From Patescibacteria group bacterium (lineage in GTDB: Bacteria > Patescibacteriota > Saccharimonadia > Saccharimonadales > Saccharimonadaceae), in NCBI GenBank assembly GCA_040386175.1, contig JAZKFY010000001.1:55135-119134 (forward strand): a stretch of 64,000 nt of DNA, written 5' to 3'. This document shows positions 8,971 through 18,474 of the stretch, piece by piece; position 1 is the first letter of the stretch, and the number at the start of each line of letters is the position of its first letter. Position numbers and translations under genes: made by a program. A model generated the notes under the pieces. The model saw only the letters and a program-made list of their open reading frames with translations. It ran no database searches and had not been told where the DNA came from.

Positions 8971-9396
8971 TTATATATCAAGGTCATCGAGTTCTGCAAG
9001 TTCCGCTCGTGTTTTTTTAGTGTAGTCAGAGCTATTGTCCACAGCTTCATCTGTTGCGTTGTCCACAGCGTTATTTTCTGTGGAAACTTCTACAGGGGTG
9101 GCGTTGTTAGCATAAGAATCTTCACTACTCACTACTGCACCTACTTGGCCGTCATTATTTACAATTTTAAGGTTGTAACGAGCATCGTTTTTCGTACCTA
9201 ATGCACGAAGCAGGGTACGCAAGCTTTGGGCAGTCACGCCGCGTTTACCAATGACACGCCCTAAATCTTCAGGGTTTACGGTCAATGTAAGTAATACGCC
9301 CTTCTCATCAATAATTCGATCGACTACTACATCGTCGGGGTGTCCAACGACGGATTTTACGATATATTCAATAAATTGCTGGTCAATGGTCGACAT
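8971..9396 (-). CDS. khpA: KH-domain RNA-binding protein KhpA
   Basis: DLGRVIGKRG motif, directly downstream of rpsP. Confidence 0.9.
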   Translation of the reverse strand: MSTIDQQFIEYIVKSVVGHPDDVVVDRIIDEKGVLLTLTVNPEDLGRVIGKRGVTAQSLRTLLRALGTKNDARYNLKIVNNDGQVGAVVSSEDSYANNATPVEVSTENNAVDNATDEAVDNSSDYTKKTRAELAELDDLDI

Positions 9397-9499
9397 AGAG
9401 CCCTCCTCAGTCGCGTATAAGTATCGTGAGTTTATTGTAGCATAGGCTTAATAAAAATACCCCGCTTTAAAGGCGGGGTATTTCTTATAAAAGTCTAAA

Positions 9500-9907
9500 C
9501 TATTCAGCTTTTTCTGCAGTAACTTCTTCGGCAGGGGCCTCAGCAGCTGGTTCTTCTACAGCAACTTCTTCAACTTCAGCAATTTCTTCCTTAGGTTGGT
9601 TCTTGCGAAGCTTGTCAGCGTGACGGATAGATTTTTGTTTAGTAGTGTTAGCTTCAACTACCCACTTAGGCAATGTAACACCAGCATCCTTCATAAGTTT
9701 TACAACTCGAGGGGTTGGTTGTGCACCATTATTTAGGTACTTTTGTGCTAGTTCAACTTGAACTGTAGCTTCTTTAGTGTGTGGGTTGTAACTACCTACA
9801 TAAGCAACAACACGACCACTAGATGGGTGACGTTGTGACTCCTGGACAGCCAGGCGGTAGGTTGGGTAGCCGGCGCGGCCGACACGTTGCAAACGAATTG
9901 CGAGCAT
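9500..9907 (-). CDS. rpsP: 30S ribosomal protein S16
   Basis: MLAIRLQRVG...GSYNP...GAQPT. Confidence 0.96.
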   Translation of the reverse strand: MLAIRLQRVGRAGYPTYRLAVQESQRHPSSGRVVAYVGSYNPHTKEATVQVELAQKYLNNGAQPTPRVVKLMKDAGVTLPKWVVEANTTKQKSIRHADKLRKNQPKEEIAEVEEVAVEEPAAEAPAEEVTAEKAE

Positions 9908-9991
9908 AAATCAAACTTCCTTCTTAACTCTTTAGACTTTTATATAAACTCTTGAATAATTCTACACTGTTCTTCTCTGTAAGTCAACCTG

Positions 9992-10702
9992 TTAGGCTGC
10001 AGACTCGTAACTTTTCAAAGCTTCTTTCGCAGCTTCTTGTTGTGCAGACTGTTTGCTAGGGCCAGTGCCCTTACTCACAAGCCGATCACCCGCATACACT
10101 CCAAGAGTGAATATCTTGTCGTGGTCAGGGCCAACTTCTTCCATAACAACGTACCGAGGAGTAAAGCTATCTACTCGTTGCATCACCTCTTGTAGGTGAG
10201 ATTTTGGATCACGCCATGAGCCTTCTTGAATAATAAGATCGAGTTTTGAGCTAATGTGTTTGGTAATAAATGTAGCTGCGTCGTCGTAGCCACGCTCTAG
10301 GTAAATTGCACCAATAAGTGCTTCAAAAGCATTGGCAAGAATCTGCATACGAGCACGTTCACTTCCCTGCTTTTCACCACGGCTCATACGAACAAGTGGT
10401 TCATATCCAATAAGAGTACCGGCATCACCAATACTTTCAGTACGCACCAAAGCAGCACGCCAGCTTGTAAGAATACCTTCGGCTTCGTTATAGTTTCGGA
10501 ATAAAAAGTCTGTAACTACAAGTTCAAGTACGGCATCACCTAGAAATTCAAGACGTTCGTTGTGTTCGCTGACACTTTTACGGTGTTCGTTAACGTAACT
10601 ACGATGAGTTAAGGCAGTAACCAGAAGGTCGACATTCTCAAACTCAAACCCAAGCTTTTCACGAGCGAATTCTTGATAAGGAGCTGTTTGCATTCCGGTC
10701 AT
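9992..10702 (-). CDS. rnc: Ribonuclease III
   Basis: HNERLEFLGDAVL signature plus dsRBD. Confidence 0.97.
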   Translation of the reverse strand: MTGMQTAPYQEFAREKLGFEFENVDLLVTALTHRSYVNEHRKSVSEHNERLEFLGDAVLELVVTDFLFRNYNEAEGILTSWRAALVRTESIGDAGTLIGYEPLVRMSRGEKQGSERARMQILANAFEALIGAIYLERGYDDAATFITKHISSKLDLIIQEGSWRDPKSHLQEVMQRVDSFTPRYVVMEEVGPDHDKIFTLGVYAGDRLVSKGTGPSKQSAQQEAAKEALKSYESAA

Positions 10703-11196
10703 TATAACTTCTCCGTACGGATTCGTTTCATGGCCATAAGCATTAACTTACCAATATCTTCATATTCAATCGCATCTAAAGCGTCTTGGAACGTAAACCA
10801 TTTAATACCATTCATCCATTCTTCTTTTTGAATAGCGTTGGTATCACCTTTAGCACGAACAAGGTAAATTTGAGTTGTCATAAGTACTAACTTATCGACA
10901 CGGCGGTAACGGAAGTGAATCTTACCAAGCCAACCAAGAATATCAACCTGGCTTAGGCCGGCTTCTTCACCGATTTCACGACGTGCGGTTTGTTGAGCGG
11001 TTTCACCTTCTTCAATGTGACCCTTTGGAATAGTCCATCGGTCTTTAGCATCTTGAATAAGAAGGATCTCTACCCCTTTTTCACCATGACGAAACACAAT
11101 ACCGCCAGCCGTTGGCTCGCGAACAATTTCCTGAATAGATGGTTTTTTGCGTGAAAAGTATTTCTTGAACTTATCAAACTGTGGTGCTGTTGCCAT
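10702..11196 (-). CDS. Nudix hydrolase
   Basis: PKGHIEEGETAQQTARREIGEEAGL Nudix box. Confidence 0.9.
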   Translation of the reverse strand: MATAPQFDKFKKYFSRKKPSIQEIVREPTAGGIVFRHGEKGVEILLIQDAKDRWTIPKGHIEEGETAQQTARREIGEEAGLSQVDILGWLGKIHFRYRRVDKLVLMTTQIYLVRAKGDTNAIQKEEWMNGIKWFTFQDALDAIEYEDIGKLMLMAMKRIRTEKL

Positions 11197-11635
11197 TATC
11201 GGCTCCCTCTATAAGCGTGCGGTAGGCTGTACCAAGTACACCGTTCACGAACTTACTCGAGTTATCGGAACCAAACGCTTTTGCAAGTTCAACAGCTTCG
11301 TTGATGACCACTTTTGGTGGAACAATATCAGCTTGGTGAAGCAACTCATACACACCAATGCGTAAAATATTGCGATCAATACGAGCAATTTGTTCAATTG
11401 GCCAATCTGGCGCAATTGGTCGAAGCTGATCATCGAGGGATTTTTGGTTTTCAACCACTCCATCGACAAGTGTTTCGACGAACTTAGTATCGTCAATCGC
11501 TGTTTCGTAGCGGTCGAGGTTACGCTTCAAGATTTCTTGAATGTCGACCGTAGAGTCTTCAGAATCAACACGAAACTCGTATTCATACAGAGTTTGTAGT
11601 GCGACGATGCGACCGAGATGACGATTAGATGCCAT
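11174..11635 (-). CDS. nusB: Transcription antitermination factor NusB
   Basis: DRNILRIGVYE, VVINEAVELAK, FVNGVL motifs. Confidence 0.96.
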   Translation of the reverse strand: MASNRHLGRIVALQTLYEYEFRVDSEDSTVDIQEILKRNLDRYETAIDDTKFVETLVDGVVENQKSLDDQLRPIAPDWPIEQIARIDRNILRIGVYELLHQADIVPPKVVINEAVELAKAFGSDNSSKFVNGVLGTAYRTLIEGADNGNSTTV

Positions 11636-11692
11636 AATGCGTTAGTTCTCTTTGATTATTGTAAATTTACAGATGTACTGAAGAGTACTCGA

Positions 11693-11845
11693 CTACTTGC
11701 TAGCGAGTGCTTTACCAGTTTCTTTGCGTGTGGTTTTCACTTTAACAGGTGACTTGCCGTTTACACGACGAGCTAATACGAGTCGTAAATGACTACGTCG
11801 GAGACCCGTCTTACGAGGGCTGCTCTGTTTCTTTGGTTGTCCCAT
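11693..11845 (-). CDS. rpmF: 50S ribosomal protein L32 (50 aa, not in the ORF track, no Cys)
   Basis: Hand translation MGQPKKQSSPRKTGLRRSH...; AAGGAG SD; upstream of nusB. Confidence 0.88.
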   Translation of the reverse strand: MGQPKKQSSPRKTGLRRSHLRLVLARRVNGKSPVKVKTTRKETGKALASK

Positions 11846-11958
11846 TGAAAGAACTCCTTTTCTTAGGTGTTATTAAAACTTAGGCTCATTATACTATTTT
11901 TGACGGTGATACTCAAGTGGTTATGGTTTTAAATGAAATGTGGTATTGTATATGTAAC

Positions 11959-12516
11959 ATGAGCGAAACACCAAAACTACCAGAAGAAAGCACTTTTTTT
12001 CAAAAAGCTGCAAAATTTGTCCAAGAACATCCAGTAGCTACAATAGCTTTAGCAGGCACAGCTATCGTAGGACCGCCTGTAGGCCGAGTCGTTAGCGAAG
12101 GTATACAAAATGCAAATAACGAAGCTAATACGGTGATGGTGTCACAACAAAGTGAAGCAGAGCATGAAGCTTTTATTGACGCTCTCAATGCTCGTTATCC
12201 AGAAGATAGTGCAATTACACGTATTACTATCGCCGAAGGCCAAGGGCTTGCAAGTGCCGCATTAGACGCAATAGTAGTTGAGTCTGGTCTAAAAAGCGAA
12301 ACACAACTAAAGCCTCTTATTATTTCCTCAATTAAAAATAGTGCAGAGTACTATACAGATACTGCAATAGTCCAACCAGGTGAAGAATTTGTTGTTGTTG
12401 AAGATGAATCAAAGCCGGTAGGTTCAAATTGGCTACTTGTAAAACCGGATCAAATTGTTTATCCAAATGTAACCGAAATCCCTACGCCAATTATTGAATC
12501 GACTGAAAATCAGTAA
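11959..12516 (+). CDS. Hypothetical membrane-anchored protein
   Basis: ORF with N-terminal hydrophobic segment; start set at MSETP. Confidence 0.65.
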   Translation: MSETPKLPEESTFFQKAAKFVQEHPVATIALAGTAIVGPPVGRVVSEGIQNANNEANTVMVSQQSEAEHEAFIDALNARYPEDSAITRITIAEGQGLASAALDAIVVESGLKSETQLKPLIISSIKNSAEYYTDTAIVQPGEEFVVVEDESKPVGSNWLLVKPDQIVYPNVTEIPTPIIESTENQ

Positions 12517-12517
12517 T

Positions 12518-13270
12518 CTATTCGAACCCGTGCGCCAAATAAGTCGCTAACCAAACCGCAACTACACCTGCAACTAAAAGAATCGGCTGCCAATCCAGCA
12601 GGTTCTTTTTCTTATCGCTTTCATGTATTGAAGGGATGATATCGCTCAGTGCTACATAAAGTAGGAATCCAGCGCTTAAACCGAAGATCACACCCAGTGG
12701 CAATACTTCACTTTGGCCAACAAAATAAGTAACTACTGCAGCGGCAGTTGCAACTAATGAACTCAAAATGTTGAAGAAAAATACTCTCCTTCGTGGCATA
12801 CCTTTATTCAGCAACGCGCCGAATTCGCCTACTTCCTGGGGTATTTCGTGAGCTGCCACGGCGAGAGTTGTTACGATACCAGTTGGAATACTCACCATAA
12901 ACGCAGCAGCGATCGCCACTCCGTCTAAAATGTTATGAACCGTATCACCAATTATCAACAAAGGAATCGTTGGTTCGCCTTTGCCGTGTTGATGATGGTG
13001 ATGGAACCAGCGAATAAACCGTTCAGCCATAAAGAATAGGATAATTCCCACCAGTGCAGACATAAAGATTATTTCAGCGCTATCAACTTCAACACCCTCT
13101 ATAAGTAAATCGAGGAATACTGCCGCTAATAGTGCACCGGCTGCAAAGGGCATTGCATAGGCTGCAAATTTAGAAGCAACTTTTTTATTTACAAGAAGTA
13201 ACGATGCTAAGAAGAGTGAGGCTACTCCACCTAGTAAACTAAAAACAATAATGTAGCCAAGGGTACTCAC
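12518..13270 (-). CDS. ZIP family metal transporter
   Basis: His-rich loop, HNILDG and HEIPQE motifs. Confidence 0.92.
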   Translation of the reverse strand: MSTLGYIIVFSLLGGVASLFLASLLLVNKKVASKFAAYAMPFAAGALLAAVFLDLLIEGVEVDSAEIIFMSALVGIILFFMAERFIRWFHHHHQHGKGEPTIPLLIIGDTVHNILDGVAIAAAFMVSIPTGIVTTLAVAAHEIPQEVGEFGALLNKGMPRRRVFFFNILSSLVATAAAVVTYFVGQSEVLPLGVIFGLSAGFLLYVALSDIIPSIHESDKKKNLLDWQPILLVAGVVAVWLATYLAHGFE

Positions 13271-13273
13271 GGC

Positions 13274-16147
13274 TTACACTACAATACTTACGAGTCGGCC
13301 CACCACGTAAATCACTTTCTTTGGTTCGCTAGTTACAAACTTCACTACGTTCTCGTGTGCCAAAGCTTTTGCTTTTACATCTTCTTCAGATTCATCTTTA
13401 CCAATGCTAATTTCACCACGTAGTTTTCCATTTACTTGTACAGCAATAGTAATAGTGTCTTCAACGATAAGGTTTTCGTCCCATTTAGGCCACGGTGCGT
13501 TTTGAATAAGACCTTGCTCACCTAGTTGACTCCAGATTTCATCAGCCATATGTGGCGCAAAGGGGGCAACCATCTGAACGAGTGTCTTCAAGGCATCATG
13601 CCAAGCATCATTCGAGAAACCATCCACTTTAAACTTATATAGCTCGTTTACATATTCCATCAACGCAGAAATTGCAGTATTAAAGCTTAACCGGCGGAAA
13701 TCATCTGTTACCTTACGGATAGTTTTGTGCTGAGCAACTCTAATAGCATCGTCATTTTTCGTGATATTCTTTTCTGAATCTTCAAGATATTGTTGAGAAA
13801 GTGTCCAAATACGGTTCAAGAAACGGTACACACCCGCGATACCCCTAGAATCCCAAGCTGCATCAAGCTCAATTGGACCCATAAATAATACATACGTTCG
13901 CAGTGCATCAGCGCCATAGCCTTGATCAATAACGTCGAGTGGGTCGATAACATTACCCTTACTCTTGCTCATCTTTGTACCGTCTTCGGCGTTAATATAG
14001 CCGTGGTATACCAATTTCTTTACTGGTTCTTTGAAATTTACCAAGCCCATATCGTGGAAAACGTGCGTCCAGAAGCGTACATAAAGCAAGTGCGCTACGG
14101 CGTGGTCACCACCAACGTAGAACTCAAGTGGGTTCCAGTAGTTTGCCTTTTCAGAATCCCAGGCTTGTTCAGCATTGTGTGGATCACCGTATCGCAATAA
14201 GTACCAACTAGAACAAGCATAGCCATCCATTGTATCGGTCTCGCGAAGTGCTGGCTTATCACAAATTGGACAAGTTGTATGAACCCAATCTTCAGCTCGT
14301 GCCAATGCAGACTTACCATCACCTTTTGGTGCGTAATCTTCAATAACAGGCAATACAACTGGTAGTTGATCTTCAGGAACTGGTACCGCCCCATGCTCTT
14401 CGCAGTGGATAATTGGAATTGGTGCACCCCAATATCGTTGACGACTAATAAGCCAGTCGCGCATTTTGTAGGTTGTTTTTGCTTCACCATGTTTTTGCTC
14501 TTCAAGCCAAGCAACAATAGTTTCGCGCGCTTCAGAAGTCGAGACACCATCAAACGCACCTGAATTAATCAACATACCTTCACCCGGGTGAAGCATGCTT
14601 TCGCCGCCCATCCATTTAAGAATGTGAGGAAGCTCTGAAACTGGCCGCAAGCTGCCTAGCTCAGATTCATCAATCCAAACAGTGTCAAAGTTTTCGTGAG
14701 GTTCACGCTGAGTATCAATTTGATTTAAACTTTTTAGCTGATAAAGCATTACGGTTGTAACGATGTTTCTATTAACATCTTTGTGTTTAGCGTAAAACTT
14801 ACTGTTTATATCTAATGGCATTGTTTTTAGATATTCAATGTCAGTATAGCCAGTTTCTTCTTTGATCTCACGAACGCCTGTTTCTTCAGGCGTTTCACCT
14901 TCTTCAACACCACCCATGACAAAGTTTTGCCAATCGTATTCGCGCCACTTTACAGTGAGGTATTTATTTTCAGTAGGGTGCTTAACAACACACATTGCTA
15001 CTCGGCGATCGGTGTTTTCCTTGCCTTCACGTACAGGATTTTCTTGATCTTCAATAGTAGGTGCTACAACTTGAACAATAGGCAGATTGTATTTTTCTGC
15101 AAAAGCAAAATCCCGTTCGTCATGTGCAGGCACGGCCATAATCGCACCAGTTCCATAACCACCAAGAACGTAGTCAGCTACCCAAACAGGAACCTTCTCA
15201 CCACTAACTGGGTTGATTGCGTAACTTCCTGTGAATACGCCGGTCTTTTCTTTGGTGTCATTCGTTCGTTCAATTTCTGATTTCTTTACCGCTGCTTTGA
15301 TGTAGTTTTCGGTAAATTCTTTAAAGTCTCCTACAGCAAGCTTCAAGGCAAGTGGATGTTCAGGCGCCAAAACCAAGAAAGTTGCACCAAAAATCGTATC
15401 TGGACGAGTTGTAAATACGGTAATTTCACCATCTCGACTATCAAGCTTGAAATTGACTTCAGCACCAACGGATTTTCCAATCCAGTTTGTCTGAGCTGTC
15501 TTAATTTTTTGCGGCCAATCAAGATCTTCAATTTCTTCAAGAAGTGGTTCTGCGTAATCAGTAATCTTGAAGAACCATTGCTTCATCGATTTCTTTTCAA
15601 CTAAGCTACCACATCGCCAACAATGTCCGCCTTCAACTTGTTCATTCGCAAGTACCGTCTTATCAACAGGACACCACCATTGCAAACTTTCTTTTTGGTA
15701 CGCAAGGCCTTTTTCAAATAGCTTTGTGAAAACCCATTGTGTCCATTTGTAATATTCAGGGTCACTTGTATTAACTTCTCGAGACCAGTCAATTGAAACA
15801 CCCATGCGTTTAAACTGCTTTTTGAAGTTTTCGATGTTCTCGGCAGTTACTACCGCAGGAGCGGTACCAGTCTTGATTGCGTAGTTTTCAGCAGGAAGAC
15901 CAAAAGTGTCCCAGCCCATTGGGTTCAAGACGTTGTGGCCGTGTTGGCGGTAAAAACGAGCGATAGCATCGACAATTGAATAGCTGAAGGCATGTCCAGT
16001 GTGCATACCCGCACCAGAAGGATACGGGAACATACCAGCAACATACGTCTTTACCTTAGACGCATCTTCTACAACTTCATTGGCTTTTTGTTCTTCCCAA
16101 ATTTGTTGCCATTTGGGCTCGATAGCCGAGGGATTATATCGCTCCAT
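13274..16147 (-). CDS. leuS: Leucine--tRNA ligase with inserted Nudix domain
   Basis: MFPYPSG, HTGH, FTTRPDT, DWLISRQRYWG, KMSKS; start set at MERYNP. Confidence 0.97.
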   Translation of the reverse strand: MERYNPSAIEPKWQQIWEEQKANEVVEDASKVKTYVAGMFPYPSGAGMHTGHAFSYSIVDAIARFYRQHGHNVLNPMGWDTFGLPAENYAIKTGTAPAVVTAENIENFKKQFKRMGVSIDWSREVNTSDPEYYKWTQWVFTKLFEKGLAYQKESLQWWCPVDKTVLANEQVEGGHCWRCGSLVEKKSMKQWFFKITDYAEPLLEEIEDLDWPQKIKTAQTNWIGKSVGAEVNFKLDSRDGEITVFTTRPDTIFGATFLVLAPEHPLALKLAVGDFKEFTENYIKAAVKKSEIERTNDTKEKTGVFTGSYAINPVSGEKVPVWVADYVLGGYGTGAIMAVPAHDERDFAFAEKYNLPIVQVVAPTIEDQENPVREGKENTDRRVAMCVVKHPTENKYLTVKWREYDWQNFVMGGVEEGETPEETGVREIKEETGYTDIEYLKTMPLDINSKFYAKHKDVNRNIVTTVMLYQLKSLNQIDTQREPHENFDTVWIDESELGSLRPVSELPHILKWMGGESMLHPGEGMLINSGAFDGVSTSEARETIVAWLEEQKHGEAKTTYKMRDWLISRQRYWGAPIPIIHCEEHGAVPVPEDQLPVVLPVIEDYAPKGDGKSALARAEDWVHTTCPICDKPALRETDTMDGYACSSWYLLRYGDPHNAEQAWDSEKANYWNPLEFYVGGDHAVAHLLYVRFWTHVFHDMGLVNFKEPVKKLVYHGYINAEDGTKMSKSKGNVIDPLDVIDQGYGADALRTYVLFMGPIELDAAWDSRGIAGVYRFLNRIWTLSQQYLEDSEKNITKNDDAIRVAQHKTIRKVTDDFRRLSFNTAISALMEYVNELYKFKVDGFSNDAWHDALKTLVQMVAPFAPHMADEIWSQLGEQGLIQNAPWPKWDENLIVEDTITIAVQVNGKLRGEISIGKDESEEDVKAKALAHENVVKFVTSEPKKVIYVVGRLVSIVV

Positions 16148-16182
16148 AACAGAGTAAGTATACCAGCGTGTGCCCACAAAGG

Positions 16183-17130
16183 CTAGACTGGAGGCCCGCT
16201 TGAACTTGAGAGATTAGCAGTACCGCTCCAAATCCAGCCTGACGTATTTCCATCTGCATACGAATATTGCGTAGTTCCTTCGGTAAACATCACTTCATCA
16301 ACGGTGATAATATCTCCTATCGATCCAGCAGACGAGAAGATTGTCGGGAATACGCTCGTATTAGCGCCTACGTTTACTGTATAAATGATTCTTGTGGGAA
16401 CACCAGCTGCTAATGCAAGCGTTGTTCCTGCGCCAATACCGGTGGCAGTACCGCCAATACGTATTTGCAAGCTAAGGCTTTGCGCCACTGATGACGTTAC
16501 GAGTGCAGATACTGTATAGCTTGTGTTCGCCGTAACGGTAATGGGCGTGCTTTGCGCCATATAGATAGCCGTCGATACTGTTGCATTTCTTGTGCCTTGT
16601 ATCACCCACTTTCCACCCACCTGAACCCGACCACCTGTCCCATTCGGGCTCAAGTTTGCGTTTAGTGCCCAGCCCGTAGAGGCAGTTTCAACCGATGGGT
16701 TTGGCATCAAGTTGGTAATTGTATTTGTAATGACTCCATTCAAATTATGGGTAGGGCAAGCGCCTACGGTTGGATTTGAGTTAGTATTCGTAACGTAATA
16801 AGACAAATTACTTGTTGTCGTAGTTAAGCAAAAAGTCTTTTGATCAATAGAGACGGTGTATTGATACGGCGTTGAATTATCTGAGCTAGGCTTAAGGCCG
16901 GTAATAGACTCTAGATCGCCATAAGCTGGATACGTCTCTGAATTAAGAATAAAGTTTGTGGCAACTTTTTTAGCAGCTTGAGCCGCCGCACTTTGAGCAG
17001 CGCTTGCTTTAGCTCTATTTTGTATTCCGTTATAGGCAGTGATTGTGATGGCGGCAAGAATAGCAATAACTACTACTACGATAAGGAGTTCGACAATCGT
17101 GAATCCTTTTTGTTTTTGCGCCCACAGCAT
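16183..17130 (-). CDS. Type IV pilin with C-terminal carbohydrate-binding-like domain
   Basis: GFTIVELLIV prepilin motif; NLMPNPSVE-type jelly-roll start. Confidence 0.85.
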   Translation of the reverse strand: MLWAQKQKGFTIVELLIVVVVIAILAAITITAYNGIQNRAKASAAQSAAAQAAKKVATNFILNSETYPAYGDLESITGLKPSSDNSTPYQYTVSIDQKTFCLTTTTSNLSYYVTNTNSNPTVGACPTHNLNGVITNTITNLMPNPSVETASTGWALNANLSPNGTGGRVQVGGKWVIQGTRNATVSTAIYMAQSTPITVTANTSYTVSALVTSSVAQSLSLQIRIGGTATGIGAGTTLALAAGVPTRIIYTVNVGANTSVFPTIFSSAGSIGDIITVDEVMFTEGTTQYSYADGNTSGWIWSGTANLSSSSGPPV

Positions 17131-17164
17131 ACCCCTATTTTAACATACACCTTATGCTTAAGAT

Positions 17165-18454
17165 TTAACTTTTCTGTAACTTATCAAAAAACTTTTGCTT
17201 TTTTGCCATCCACGCAGATGATTGCCGAACTAGTTTTTCTTCATCATCAGTTGAATGCAGCACTACTTTTACACCCTCTTCTAAGAAAATTCCGCCTTGT
17301 GAACCTTTAAATAAAACAGCTCCGCCTTTTTCAAGATATTTGTGTACATACGCTCCAGCTTCAATCGGGTTCTTGAAGCTTACCGTATGGCACCCATGAA
17401 TACGAGCAGCCGGGGCTAAGTACTTCTCGGCGTCTTCACCAACGGTTACTACGTGTGAAAGTTGTAATGGGTCACACCATTGTCCAAGCGCTTCGTGTTC
17501 GGCTGCAGAAGTAGCTCCGAGCTCGTTCATACTTCCTAGCACGGCTATTTTCTGTGGGACGTTTAATTGATACAAAGCACGCAACGCCGACTCAACTGCG
17601 AGTGGGCTTGAGTTATAGGTATCGTCAATAATAATCGATTCGTTCACTCCACGCAGGACATTCATCCGGCCACTTACGGCACGAATTTTTTCCATACCAC
17701 GTGAGATTTCATCAGGATTCATTCCCAATTTCACACCCACAGCACCAGCAGCGACTGCAGCTCGAATGCTATGCTCGCCCATTAAATGTAGGTTTGTCTC
17801 GACGGCATTGGCCATTTCAGGGGCTATGAATAAACCTTTGAAGCCATTTTGAAGTGAATAGTCGCTTATATCAAAACGATACTCCGCAACATCATTCGTT
17901 CCGTAGGTATTAATATTACCGTTCAACAAGTCTGCTGCATATTTTCCCTCAATGTCATCACGGTTAATAAGCGCTTGTTTACTAAAGTTGGCTGCCGATA
18001 ATTCCTCTGCAGCTACAGCATCAAGCGTCTTAAAGAATTCCATATGTTCAGCCGATACAGCGGTAACAACTGCAATGTCTGGATTTAAATATTTACCAAA
18101 GTGGGGAATTTGACCAATTCCGTCAGTCCCAAGCTCTTGGACAATCACATCAACATCTGAAGGATCTTTGATGCGCTGCTTTACTGCCTTAAAAACAGCC
18201 CTCCATTGCCGAAGGTTTCGAATATTATCGGGGAATTCCACACCAAGTATCGCTAAAGGAGCGCTTAACTCAGAGTTGTGATTACCTTCATGCAACCGTA
18301 CGCGATACTTCTCGCTTAAAACCGTTCCAATAGCAATCTTTGTACTTGTTTTTCCAACACTCCCTACAACAGCAATTAATTTTACCTCGGGGTGCTTCTT
18401 GAAATATTTCTTAACAGCACGTTCTAGTTTGGAGCGGATAGAGTGTTTTAACAT
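17165..18454 (-). CDS. murF: Mur ligase (MurF-like)
   Basis: GSVGKTSTK, DDTYNSSP, LGSMNELG, KGSQ motifs. Confidence 0.8.
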   Translation of the reverse strand: MLKHSIRSKLERAVKKYFKKHPEVKLIAVVGSVGKTSTKIAIGTVLSEKYRVRLHEGNHNSELSAPLAILGVEFPDNIRNLRQWRAVFKAVKQRIKDPSDVDVIVQELGTDGIGQIPHFGKYLNPDIAVVTAVSAEHMEFFKTLDAVAAEELSAANFSKQALINRDDIEGKYAADLLNGNINTYGTNDVAEYRFDISDYSLQNGFKGLFIAPEMANAVETNLHLMGEHSIRAAVAAGAVGVKLGMNPDEISRGMEKIRAVSGRMNVLRGVNESIIIDDTYNSSPLAVESALRALYQLNVPQKIAVLGSMNELGATSAAEHEALGQWCDPLQLSHVVTVGEDAEKYLAPAARIHGCHTVSFKNPIEAGAYVHKYLEKGGAVLFKGSQGGIFLEEGVKVVLHSTDDEEKLVRQSSAWMAKKQKFFDKLQKS

Positions 18455-18474
18455 TAGGTCTATTATGCCACAAA

